Below, one piece after another: positions 14,587-28,457 of a stretch of 64,000 nt of DNA. The DNA comes from Eledone cirrhosa (taxonomy: Eukaryota). The first letter of the stretch is position 1. Every line of letters starts with the position of its first letter. The stretch lies in contig OZ024740.1 of assembly GCA_964016885.1 (NCBI GenBank), positions 412,114,001 through 412,178,000 on the forward strand. Reading direction: 5' to 3'. A program made the translations under genes and the position numbers. The notes below the pieces were generated by a model that worked only from the letters and a program-made list of their open reading frames with translations, was not told where the DNA came from and ran no database searches.

Positions 14587-16499
14587 ATGGCCTGGGCCAT
14601 TGAGAAGATCAAACTCAATCCCAAAGTGTTCTTTTCATTTGCAAAAAAACACAAAATCACTGGCTCTACTGTTGGCCCTCTAATTGATGAAAATGGCACT
14701 CTTCAAGACAATGCTAAAACCATGGGTGAGATACTGCAGAAACAATACTGCTCTGTTTTCAGCAATCCTGATATGGCCGATCTGGGCTGTATCGGCGATG
14801 TTACTCCCCATTACACCTTATCGGACATAACGTTTGGCGCCCCTGATGTCTTGGCGGCAATAAAGGAAATCAAGCATAATTCAGCAGTAGGTCCCGATAG
14901 GTTCCCTGCTTGTGTCTTGAAGGCGTGTCAACACCAACTTGCTTCTCCTCTTGCCAATCTGTGGCGGAACTCACTGGATGCTGGATATGTGCCAGAAAAC
15001 CTTCTATCCCAGTCTGTTGTCCCAGTTTTCAAAAAGGGAAACAAATCCCTTGCCGTGAATTACCGTCCAATCTCACTCACCTCTCATATCATTAAGGTAT
15101 TTGAGCGAGTGGTGAGATCGCGAATGACCCACTTCCTTGAGAGTAACAATATGCTGAACTCCAACCAGCATGGATTCCGTAATGGAAGGGATTGCCTGAC
15201 GCAACTACTGCATCACTTTGATGACATTTTGAGAGCCTTGGGAGAGGGTTCCAACACTGATGTTATCTACCTTGATTTCAGCAAGGCCTTTGACAGGGTT
15301 GATCATAACATTCTACTGAGAAAGCTGTCCAATATTGGTGTCACTGGAAAGCTGCTGCAGTGGATCAAGAGCTTCCTGTCAAACAGAACCCAACATGTTG
15401 TAGTTGAGGGAGTCAAATCAAGCCCAGCCAAAGTCAGTAGTGGAGTCCCACAAGGCACTGTGTTGGGCCCACTTCTCTTCATCATCTATATTAATGACAT
15501 CACTGACATCATCAAACACAGCAACATTAAAATTTTCGCTGATGATTCCAAGCTCCAAAAGGTCATCAATGGCGTGGATAAGCCTTCAGTCAGACCTACT
15601 GGCTGTTACCCAATGGGCAGAAAAGAACAACATGTTACTGAACGAAGACAAATTCGAACTGATCCACTTTGGAAAAGAGGATGCTCTGAAACTCCCGTAC
15701 TCCCTTCCCTCCGGGGAAACTCTCGTGGCATCTAACAACATCAGAGACTTGGGAGTAACTGTGGACAGCAACATAAGCTGGACCACGCATATAAGCAGCA
15801 AAGTTGACATGGCCCGCAGAATGTGTTCCTGGATCCTCAGAACCTTCCAGTCGAGAGATTCCCGCACCATTATCCTTCTCTTCTCTACTTTCGCCCGACC
15901 ACACCTTGAATACTGTTGTCCACTGTGGTCTCCCCACACGAAACAAAGTATCATGAAACTTGAAGCTCCTCAAAGGGCAATCACGAAAAAGATAGATGGC
16001 ATGTCAGACCTTGACTACTGGGGTCGATTGGAAAACCTGAAACTTTACTCACTCCAACGTCGCCGTGAGCGTTATATTATCTGCATGATGTGGAAAATGT
16101 TCCATCATCACTGCCCAAATGATGTTGGCATCGCCTTCAAGATACACCCAAGGCTTGGGCCCCGTGCTATCCGTCCCATTCAAAAATCTAAATCGCAACT
16201 CATAACAACAATACGGCACAATTATTTCACCTCAATCGGCCCTGCTCTCTTCAACATCACACCAGGACACGTCAAAACAGAAACTGACCACACAAAATTC
16301 AAGAAGTCTTTGGACAAATTCCTCCAAGTAATCCCGGACAAACCACCCACACCCGGATATGTCTCCGCAAACAGTAATTCTCTTCTCGAATGGGCCATGG
16401 TGCCCAAATCCTGAATTGAAAGACTTCGCCAGGTGGTGCTATTAAGTTAGACATGGCCTGGGCCAATACTGGCCAAAACATTTCAAAGTTATTCAAAGT

Positions 16500-16500
<1 letters not shown>
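14587..16500 (+). mobile_element. 5'-truncated CR1-group LINE: RT ORF2 with one frameshift near 15578, stop at 16414, short 3' UTR
   Basis: Motifs [33 protein letters not shown] and FADD, then in the second frame RDLGV, RPHLEYCCPLWSP, LYSLQRRRERY and LDKFL. Tail ttcaaagtta occurs twice. Confidence 0.92.
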
Positions 16501-17691
<1,191 letters not shown>

Positions 17692-17826
17692 GTGAACGTT
17701 TTTTTTTTTACAAAATGAAAAATAACCGAGGTGTCCTACACGAGTGAAAGTATAAAGAAAAAGAGATGAAATCGAAAATGCAACTGGAGTCTTATTTTTT
17801 TTAAAAATATATATATATATTTGGTT

Positions 17827-17864
17827 CCTTTACCGGTTTCGCAGTTCTTCTGCTTTTCAAAAGG
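17827..17864 (-). ncRNA. Minimal type I hammerhead with U3-A8 variant core
   Basis: Minus strand: CCUU-UUGAAAA-GCAG-aagaa-CUGC-GAAA-CCGG-UA-AAGG. Helices I and II are perfect; helix III is palindromic. Confidence 0.7.
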
Positions 17865-17997
17865 TGAGTTTTTCTCACATATATACATATATAAATACAT
17901 ATATATTATAGAATACAGTTGGCTTTTTGCTACAATGTTTTCTATACCTTTCATTTATATATATACATATATATATATATATATACATATATGGATA

Positions 17998-18071
<74 letters not shown>

Positions 18072-18562
18072 ATATATTATATATATACACGTATCAATGC
18101 ATGGCATCGAAAAGTTAGTGATCAACCATGTTTTCATGAAGTTAGTTATTTTGTATTTCTAAAGGTAGATGAATTATATAGCAATAATTGAAATGTCATT
18201 TCAAAAGTACGCATCCTAACACCCAGATAAGTCTCGTCGCATAAAGAAATTCCGACAGGCAAATTACTCAACGGATATATGCTACAAGTTTTAAATACTT
18301 CTTGCACATTCCAAAGGATTCTATACTCATTAAATTAATCATTACTGACACGTATGTTATCCTGCAGAATACATTGAATTCACATTCAATCACACAAATT
18401 CTGACATACGTATTTCAAAATATTATCATATTGGTTTTGAAAGTGTATGAGATTGTGAAGGTTGTGAACCTACGTATGATTGTATGGGGTAAAATATTCA
18501 TGTAATGAGTTTCTTTGTGCCATGTGCATACAACAGTATTTATTATTTTTAATGATATGTTT

Positions 18563-18695
18563 AACGGTGGATTGGCAGTATCGGTAGAGAGTCGGACGCC
18601 ATGCTTTGCAGCAAAGAGTTTACGGGGTCGATAAAATAAAGTACCAGCAATGTACTGGATAATTGCTGGCCTTGTGCCAAAAATAGAAACAATTA
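18563..18695 (+). mobile_element. tRNA-derived SINE (family A), internally deleted, with 18-bp TSD
   Basis: tggcagtatcggtagag...ggggtcgataaaataaagtaccag...gccttgtgccaaaaatagaaac. TSD attatttttaatgatatg at 18542-18559 and 18692-18709. Confidence 0.85.
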
Positions 18696-18749
18696 TTTTT
18701 AATGATATGATTAAAATTTTTGCAAATATTGTGAGGCTCCCAAATCTGC

Positions 18750-21050
18750 ATGTCGTTGAAAAAGGTTGATCATTCGCTTTTTGAATATCTTTAAAAGATA
18801 TTTCCAAAATATATGTACCGTAGCATAAAGCACAAATTAAGATATTAAACGTTATCACATCTTCTCCGTTGTCTGACTGGAAACAAATGAAAATATTCAC
18901 CTTCATTTTCTACTTAGGTAATATACTTAGTATTCTAAATCGCATAATAATTCGTTATTGAATGGATGGTAATAGCTTCCTATCTAGGAAGCTGAATGAC
19001 AGTAGATTAATATATTCCGGAAAAACATACCAATATTTAAGCAGGAGCGATATATTTACTGAATCACAGTTTAATAAAACTACTCCATTAGGAGAGGAAC
19101 ATGTAATATATAATGTATACTTCTAATCGGTACGAAGCAAATATTATACGTTAGGTTAAGACAGTTTCCATTTATCTTATATCATATTAAGAGCTTTACT
19201 AATGCTCTGACGGCAAAACAAGGAAGATTATAAGTTTGAATTCTGTATATTGCCGGAACCTTAATCTGTAGAAAAAGCAACATCAGCGCAGCAAGAGTCG
19301 ATTTGCAAGACTTTTAAGTAAATGTAGGCTTATTCACCGTGATTGATTCTCTATTTGAATGGGATTTATAGAAGGCATTTCGTTTGGTATAAAATAATTA
19401 CAAACCAAATGAGTTTTAACGTTTCATAAAATAATTCTTCGGTTTTATATGCAATTTGCTTTCGCTGTTATGTTTTTGTTCAGGCTCCGTTTTGGCACCT
19501 TTCAAATATTTTGTGCATTGATTTATACTCATCTAAAACAAATATGTTCCGTTTTACAAATACTATAGTTTAGAGCTTACAGCATGGAAATTCCCAATGC
19601 ACCATATACAGGTATAGCAATTCCGATGCATTGCCGAACCTACATCTTTAATAAATTCTGTGTAAACACAGTCAACCTATCTATTTCAAAGTGCTCATGA
19701 CAATTAATGTCGCATATATGGAACATTAGCCACATTTTCAACAGCCTTGTTTCATATGTACCGTACTATGTCGTTTTATATATAAATTGATTTTAGAAAT
19801 ACATTGGAAATGTTTAGTGTTGCTAATAATATGGAAACGAAATTAGTGGAGAAACTTTTGTAGCAGCACAAATCTGATTTGATTTCGTATGGTACTCAGG
19901 TAATACATTTCAATATTAGCTGCGGAAACTTTCAAGGACACAGCAAGTCACCGTTGGTAATTGACCTTGTAATAGTAAAATGCAGTGTGAAAGCTTCAAA
20001 TGTTCTTGGTCTGTAATCTGGAAATATCTTTTTCATTAATAATCTTCAGAGTAACGATCCACCTGATAGGCTGATAGATATTGTACTTTTTTGTATCTGA
20101 ACATATAAGAATGGAATTCGGGCTTTCAAATTTGGCAGTTTCAATTATGAAATGAGGCAGGTTATTAAGAATTGATTGAGTCATAATGACAGGCGGAGAA
20201 GCCATGAAATTCATAGTAATGTACATAGTAATGTACAGATGATTGGGCATCTTAGAATAAAGCAGAGTGAAATGAAAGATTGCATTATTATTGAATGCAT
20301 TAGAAGAGTTCATAGACACGGACATTTTAAGCTGCATTAGGGCAATAGCATATAAGCGTTATATTGTCGAGTATTGTAAATCAAAAGATACATTGTAAGA
20401 ACATTATATCGAACCAGAGCAGAATAGTAGGAAATAGATGGGAAACCCAGTAAGCTGTTAACTATGCATGGAACCCGACATTCGCATACACGTATGGATA
20501 GGCCATATGTAACGTAATGGAGTGTTGGTAGGGGCATGATTGGTGAATGAGATTGGGTGAGCATAGTATGATTTAGCCTCCTGTGTCGTCACATAGAGAA
20601 AAGTAAAAAGAGGTTTATAAAGGTGGTAAAAAAGGAATTATTTTGAGAAGGGGTAACTCTTAGATGAATTTGTAAGTTATTTCAGAATGTCAAGAAGGTC
20701 AAACATTCTACGAGGTAAAACATTCTACAGTGCCAGTTTCATAAGTCAACGGAAGAAAGTAGAGGCAACAAATCATGGTGTTGTTTTGATATAAATACTT
20801 GGCGAAAGAAAGAAAACGTACAATTATAGAAGTTCACCCTAACATTGCGAATTATATCAGGAGTAACATTCAAAAAGAAAATGTCTCGTTGTGAGAAATA
20901 CGACGACACCACTACTCACACTATTGATGTCTGTCGTAATATGGCACATAATGAGCACAAAAAGGCGTGGTACGATCTGTTGACAAATATAATTCTTTGA
21001 GTGTTGAATAAGAAGTAGAATAATGATTGGTGAAATGAATGGCACAAATA
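18750..21050 (-). pseudogene. Highly decayed Penelope-like RT, Naiad-like
   Basis: Colinear minus-strand remnants: CHITTDINSV (~GHIITGDL), FHFTLLYSKMP (~FDFSTLYTKIP), VRQCIGIAI (~RQxIGIPMG), SFLD, DNGEDVITFNI and YGTYILEI (~DKRDDFNF, YGVYISQL). Confidence 0.5.
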
Positions 21051-22680
21051 GAAACCCGAGGAAATGTTAGAATCCACAAATTGTAAGCAAGTCTGGGATT
21101 TTTCAAAACCGACACATACAAATCTGGGTACAAATTTGCACATAAATTCATAAAAAAAGCTCTGATCATCCACCCATTATTTCAATTTGACACAAGAATA
21201 TAGCAAACGGAGCAAGAGATGCCGAGCAACTACAACACGTTGACTATTCCTCATAAATAGCACTGTAAAATGTTACTGTGCTAAAATGTTACAGTGCTAA
21301 ATCACCATGTACATATGTATATTTACAATGAGAAAAAGGTGAGTTTACTAAATATTATTACTTATTTTGTTCAGTCTATATATATAAATATAGCAAAATA
21401 GAATTGAGCTAAAGCTACTATAAAAAAAGAGAAAGCATTGAAATATCGAGACAAAATCCGACTAACGAATACACATATTAAATGAGACTGATAACATTCA
21501 TCACATAAATATGGAGACGTAGATTAGCAACGATCACTAAAATAGAGTCCAACTAATATAAAACATTGAAACCAATGCTGAAAAAAAGTTATACATATAC
21601 GGATATTGCTAACCATAGAGGTGAACTACAGCTACAAGATAATGAATCGGATGCCAAGTTAAGTCAAGGCTTTTGAGAGCGAAAATCGGAAAACAAATGC
21701 TTTGTTTCTGAAGCACCATTCCCCTATTGTTAATATAAATATGATATATATCCACCGCATCCAGGCATCCAAAGAGGAAAGTGTCGATACAATTACTTAA
21801 CTAACCACTGTGCATCAATTATAATGTGTGTGAAATAATTAACATCACATAAAGAGAAACTGATTAGTGTATTTATGGAGAAACAACATGATGCAAGAAA
21901 CCATTATTGACTATATTAGGAAGAAACAAATTGTTCGGAAGATGACTACACAACAAATGAAGGATTACATAGCAACAAAACTAAAAAGAAATATGTAGAA
22001 ATTATACATCAAAATTAAAACAGAATTTTACAGTATACTAAAGATGAATTTGACCTCTGCAATATTCCCGAAGAGTAATTAAGCCAGAATGATAGGAGAA
22101 AAGGTTTTAGAAATGTTTGTTTAATGCATGACCACAAAAATAAAGAAATATGTCATAATGCCATAACTATGAGTAGCCAGTACAATTAGTGCTCAAGGCC
22201 GATTGAAGAAATTATTTATGGGTGTTGTGTCCGCAATACCAATTTGCGATATGTGGTCTCGTTACCGTTAAAACGGAGACAATTGGTATTTTTAGTACGA
22301 AACACTAACGTTGAAAGTCATTTGGTCTCAAAAATCTGGATCATCTCCGTCAACATTGACAAGAATAAGAGTGTTATTGTCGTCAATATGATTACTACTT
22401 ATTATTATCTCCAGGAGTTGCATATTTTAATTTATATTTGTTTATGTTTCTGCTGTCAATAAAATCCAACAACGGCGCTAAATACTTATAATATTTAATA
22501 ATATTTCGGGCATAGGTAACGATTTTATATGCATGTCCTCTTTTATTGTAAATCTACGGTTATTTGAAATTTACAGGTTCGATTAAACTATAAGATCACA
22601 TTGAGTTGAAAATGTTCTTTGTATTTATGTGGCTGTATTATAAACTCATTTAAACTATTACATATAAACACATACACACA

Positions 22681-22724
<44 letters not shown>

Positions 22725-23163
22725 CACACACACACACACACGCACACACACATATATATATATATGTGTGTGTGTTTGTATAGTAATAGTTATATTTATA
22801 TATAAAAATATAAATAGGATAAAGGTAATATTATATATTACCCGATTACCAGTAAGATAAGTAGAACAATGTAAAATATCAGATATAACATATAATACAG
22901 AGAAGAAATACATATGTTGTATATATATATATATAGATAGATGAATCCAACAATTAATGGTAGGGTCTAAGCCATATGAAGAACTCAATGTAATCGGTAT
23001 GTAGAAGATGTGAAGCAAAGTTTAAAATACAAAATTTGCAACGATATAATTCATTGGATACAAAGTCAAAAATACAAATAGTGAAAACAATGAAATTAAA
23101 CAAAAAACGGTTAATTCAGATAAACCTTATTATTTTACGATCGTTTCTGGGGGGTAGTTCACC

Positions 23164-23293
<130 letters not shown>

Positions 23294-23297
23294 GGGG

Positions 23298-23371
<74 letters not shown>

Positions 23372-23401
23372 AGATCAAAAGATGGTTAAAGGAGTTCCAT
23401 A

Positions 23402-23472
23402 TATTTTATTATGCGCATTTCAAAAACAAACATCATCAAGCAATAATATTTGTGTTTTCATCAGATAAAACA
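23402..23472 (-). ncRNA. Type I hammerhead ribozyme motif (mirror copy)
   Basis: Reverse complement of 23599-23669. Confidence 0.8.
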
Positions 23473-23598
23473 GGAGAACATGATATGAAGGCTAAAAAAC
23501 ACTTGTGGATAGTGCAGTTTTAAATCAACATATCAACATATGTTGATTTAAAACTACACTATCCACAAGTGTTTTTTAGCCTTCATATCATGTTCTCC

Positions 23599-23669
23599 TG
23601 TTTTATCTGATGAAAACACAAATATTATTGCTTGATGATGTTTGTTTTTGAAATGCGCATAATAAAATA
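23599..23669 (+). ncRNA. Type I hammerhead ribozyme motif
   Basis: UGUUUUAU-CUGAUGA-[16-bp helix II, 1 mismatch, GCUU loop]-GAAA-UGCGCA-UA-AUAAAAUA. Predicted cleavage after AUA at 23661. Confidence 0.8.
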
Positions 23670-23793
23670 TATGGAACTCCTTTAACCATCTTTTGATCTT
23701 ATATTATGCATACTCCAGTCCCACAAACTGTAGAGTGCTTCTTATCCGATATCTGCATTGCTTTATTGTACTACAATAAAACTCACCTCCTAC

Positions 23794-23838
<45 letters not shown>

Positions 23839-24448
23839 CTGTGTGTGTGTGTGTGTGTATAGATATATGTATAAATGAAAAATAGCGTGCTGCGTTGTTG
23901 CATATGGGATACAAATGGGATACATATAAATAAAATTAGAAGAAGACAGGACTGTCCGACATCTGTGATCTTCCAGCCATCATTGGTATTTCTTCGAATT
24001 AAAGACCATATACCTCAGGCTGGTGCGAGCAATAACTAAAAAAAGTTATTGAGACAAGTAGAATTGGGTGTAGAAAGCGAGACATGTAAACAAACAGAGA
24101 AAGTAATAGCAACGGAGAGATAGAAGAAAAGCAAGTCCGTGATATCTGTGAACTTAAGTTCGATCAAATCGTGGACGAGAAGAGAAGACACGCCCAGACC
24201 CTGTGAAATGTGAGCGAGAAAAGGATTTCACACAGGACAGACGGGAGGAAGTGAGAGAGGGGAGTAGCAGAGACTGAGTGAGTGAAAGTGTGGCGAAGAG
24301 GCCAGCCGAGAGAGGGTGACTGGCAGAGGGGGTGAATGAAGGTAAGAGATACAGGTGAGAGAAAGAGGATAGCAGTAAGAAAGAAACAGACTGGTCACAG
24401 TGGAGGGAAAAATATAAATGAAAAATGGCGTGCTGCGTTGTTGCACAC

Positions 24449-24598
<150 letters not shown>

Positions 24599-24648
24599 GT
24601 ATATATATATATATATATATATTTGTGTATATATATATATATTTATAT

Positions 24649-24717
<69 letters not shown>

Positions 24718-24724
<7 letters not shown>

Positions 24725-24752
24725 AATTACCAGCAAATTAAATATCTCTTTG

Positions 24753-24800
<48 letters not shown>

Positions 24801-24838
24801 AGTAAAGAGATATTTAATTTGCTGGTAATTCAACAAAT
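24718..24838. repeat. Inverted repeat (~38-bp arms) around (TA)n
   Basis: atttgttgaattaccagcaaattaaatatctcttt / aaagagatatttaatttgctggtaattcaacaaat. Confidence 0.9.
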
Positions 24839-25253
24839 CTATTTATTATAACAGATTCGACGCAAGGAAACCTGTAACAAGTTTCCTGGAGTATAATAAC
24901 AATGATATTAATAAATGGAAACTATATTTATAAAACCATATTTATTTTATTATATATATTTCAAGGATACCAAAAAACCTTTGGTACGGACTCATCAGAT
25001 AATATACAAAATTTGTTTTATATATAGTGACATACCCGAAAAACTAAACGTTATCGGTTCAGGTTCTATTTTGGATAGTGAAAGAAAAAGAGAAAAATGT
25101 CAAATATTTAGAATGGATATGCAAATGAAGTAGAAGCGTAGACTGAAAAAATCGTTATATTTAGACGCTAGGTAAATTTAAATAATTATTAGGATACTTT
25201 ATAAAAGAAGGAGAAGAAGAAGGAAGACAGATAGGCTAATATTATTATTATTA

Positions 25254-25383
25254 GTACCAGTAATGCACTGGATAATTGCTGGCCTTGTGCCTAAAGTAGA
25301 AACAATTATTATTAGGGTGCAAGTACCAGTAATGCACTGGTTAATTGCTGGCCTTGTGCCTAACGTAGAAACAGTTATTATTA
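25254..25383 (+). mobile_element. Two tandem SINE family A 3' fragments
   Basis: agtaccagtaatgcactgg.taattgctggccttgtgcctaa.gtagaaaca occurs twice. Confidence 0.75.
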
Positions 25384-26581
25384 GGGTGCAGGTAGATTTA
25401 AAAATTAAAAATTAAAAATGTGTTGAAGTGGTAGAATACTAATCCAAACCAAATCATGAGTTATAATATTATATATATAATGTATATAATGAGATTTTAT
25501 GTGGAATTAAGTTGTAAGTACACTTTAGCGTATTATATTACAACCAGTCAATTATATACATATTTATTTAAATCGATAAAAATATAAATATCATTGGTGT
25601 TTATACATGCTGTTATTAATTAAATATAATTTAAGGGTTACGAAGGATATTGTGTTTACATTTTCAATATATAGTTAAGAAAAAGACGTAGTTCGAATTT
25701 TATTATAGAAGAATTTTTTGTACTTTCAAATAGTTCAATAAAGATAGAAAACATTAAGTTAACGAAAATTATAGAGACTTTAGTATTTATGTTGTTAAAA
25801 AGAGTGGATGCTTTATGCGTGCTAGATTATACAGAAAAAGGAAAAAGAAAAGGAAAAGCTAACTCTAATGTTTATTAGTTACACTATTTATGTTAGATTT
25901 GTCACTTATTTTAGAATTTACTTAAAATTTATGTGGAGAAAATTTTATATATTATTTTATGTATGATTATAGGGTATTTTATATTACATGTTTTCAAAGA
26001 TGAGAATTTCTTTTATCTATATAGATATTATCTATATAGTCAATGAGTGTATTTAGAAAACTATCACGAAAAAGGATATATTTCAAAATATCAATTAAGA
26101 AATATCAATTAAAAAAAAAAAAAAATATCAATTAAGAAACCTAAGAAGAATATCAATTTGAAAAGAATATCATTTGTAAAAATAATTTGTAAAAATATTA
26201 CATAGAAAGAAAAATATATTTAAAAATCACAACTAAACCTTGACAGAAGAATAGTGCAGACATATAGAATGAGAATAAGTGAATTATAGACTATAGATTA
26301 TAAATACTTCGGAAAGTCATTTTTTGGCGATGTCTGCAGGAACTGAATATTTCTTTTTTTACTTTTTCACAATCTATATGTCTTTTATAAAGTATCCAAA
26401 TAATTATTTAAATTTACCTAGCGTCTAAATATAACGATTTTTTCAGTCTACGCTTCTACTTCATTTGCATATTTATCCTAAAGATTTGAAATTTTTCTGT
26501 TTTTCTTTCACTATCCAAATAGAACCCGAACCGATAAGGTCTGGTTTATCGGGTATGTCACTATTTATAAAACACATTTTG

Positions 26582-26645
26582 TATTTTATCTGATGAGAGC
26601 CTACATAAGTATTTTTGGTACCCTTGAAATATATATAATAAAATA
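26582..26645 (+). ncRNA. Type I hammerhead motif
   Basis: UAUUUUAU-CUGAUGA-GAG..CUU-GAAA-UAUAUA-UA-AUAAAAUA. Helix I is a perfect 8 bp; helix II is imperfect. Confidence 0.7.
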
Positions 26646-26716
26646 AATATGGTTTTATAAATATAGTTTCCATTTATTAATATCATTGATATATAAATAT
26701 ATATATATATATGTAT

Positions 26717-27163
26717 ATTAAATGTGATCTGAGTTTTTCAAATATTAATAATAACATTCGATTCGTTTGCAATTATGCAAACAACCCTCATTTTTAAAGC
26801 TATGTCAGTAGAATGAACCCTTCATTCTTGCTCTTGTGGATTGCTCAGTGGATCTGCTAATATGCAGATCTGACTGATGGGCCAGTCTGCTAATATGCAA
26901 ATCAGGCCGATCAGTCTTTGTATACTTTAGAATATAGCATATAGTTTCATTAGCTCTGACAGTTGGCAAGTGGAGAGTGAGCCGTACTTATGAAGGGTGA
27001 TACCCAGAAACATTGGTGTTTCCAGTTCTTTTTACATGCCAACACAAGAGCAAGAATGAAGGGTTCATTCTGCTGACATGGCTTTAAAAAGAGGCTTGTT
27101 TGCATAATTGCAAACGAATCGAATATTACTATTAATATTCGAAAAACTCAGTTTACATTTAAT
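26717..27163. mobile_element. Fold-back element with ~120-bp inverted arms and a degenerate hammerhead in the spacer (26987-27020, +)
   Basis: Arms 26717-26838 and 27042-27163. CTTATGA-aGGGT-gat-ACCCa-GAAA-CATTGGTG-TT. A solo arm copy lies at ~33965-34092. Confidence 0.75.
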
Positions 27164-27221
27164 GTATTCAACCATGTAGAGCGACATTTTTTGAATTTTA
27201 TTCTTATTATTAATATTATTA

Positions 27222-27326
<105 letters not shown>

Positions 27327-27515
27327 CAAGTGTGTAACATCGTTAGTTAATGAATTCCAACAAGTGAACCAGGACTGACGTGACAGAAATAGTGGAAAGG
27401 AAGTAACAGTAAGTCGATAGCGAAAACAACATTAAAATCCATCATCAATATTGAAACATTTTCCAATTTGGCGTCTTTTGGACGCTCCTTATAGAATTAT
27501 CCTGGATCACACGTA

Positions 27516-27579
27516 CTCTCACAGTTACACACACTCCGGATCACATTCAAACACACACACACACTTATATGAATGCAAG

Positions 27580-27626
<47 letters not shown>

Positions 27627-27867
27627 ATGTGTGTGTGTGTATGTTTGAATGTGAGCCGGAGTGTGTGTAACTGTGAGAGCCTGTTAGATAATAGGGAAAC
27701 ACCAATGGCTGTGAAACAGTTAAAGACATTTCAAAGGAAGAGAGCAAAGATTTAATGCGTGCAAGTCTGTTTCAAAACTACACTGTTCTCTATCTAATTC
27801 AACAAGAAAACTACTTGGAGAAGAAGCTCGGCTACATACCTGGCGTATAGTTCATTGAGACAGTTGG

Positions 27868-27948
<81 letters not shown>

Positions 27949-27952
27949 ATAT

Positions 27953-28042
<90 letters not shown>

Positions 28043-28141
28043 GTTATATAAATACATTATTTAATTGATTGACACACACACACTTATATGAATGCAAGTA
28101 TATATATATATATGTGTGTGAGTGTGTCAATCAATTAAATA

Positions 28142-28234
<93 letters not shown>

Positions 28235-28457
28235 GAGAGAGATGTATGTATATATGTATATACCAACTGTCTCAATGAACTATACGCCAGGTATGTAGCC
28301 GAAGCTTCTTCTCCAAGTAGTTTTCTTGTTGAATTAGATAGAGAACAGTGTAGTTTTGAAACAGACTTGCACGCATTAAATCTTTGCTCTCTTCCTTTGA
28401 AATGTCTTTAACTGTTTCACAGCCATTGGTGTTTCCCTATTATCTAACAGGCTCTCT
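27516..28457. repeat. Nested inverted repeats interleaved with (TA)n, (CT)n and (CA)n
   Basis: Arm pairs 27516-27565/27627-27680, 27676-27870/28260-28457 and 28053-28080/28116-28145. Confidence 0.88.

Larger units (their letters stand above)
23364..23707. repeat. Palindrome with 168-bp arms and 8-bp spacer, next to (TA)n; one hammerhead per arm
   Basis: Arms 23364-23531 and 23540-23707, one mismatch seen. Spacer atcaacat duplicates the arm end. Confidence 0.95.
24900..26688. mobile_element. Inverted ~305-bp arms (24900-25208, 26382-26688) with 1.2-kb AT-rich spacer; hammerhead in each arm
   Basis: Arms align in inverted orientation (both give the METIFIKPYLFYYIYFK ORF). HHR at 26582-26645(+) and 24943-25006(-). 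Confidence 0.85.
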
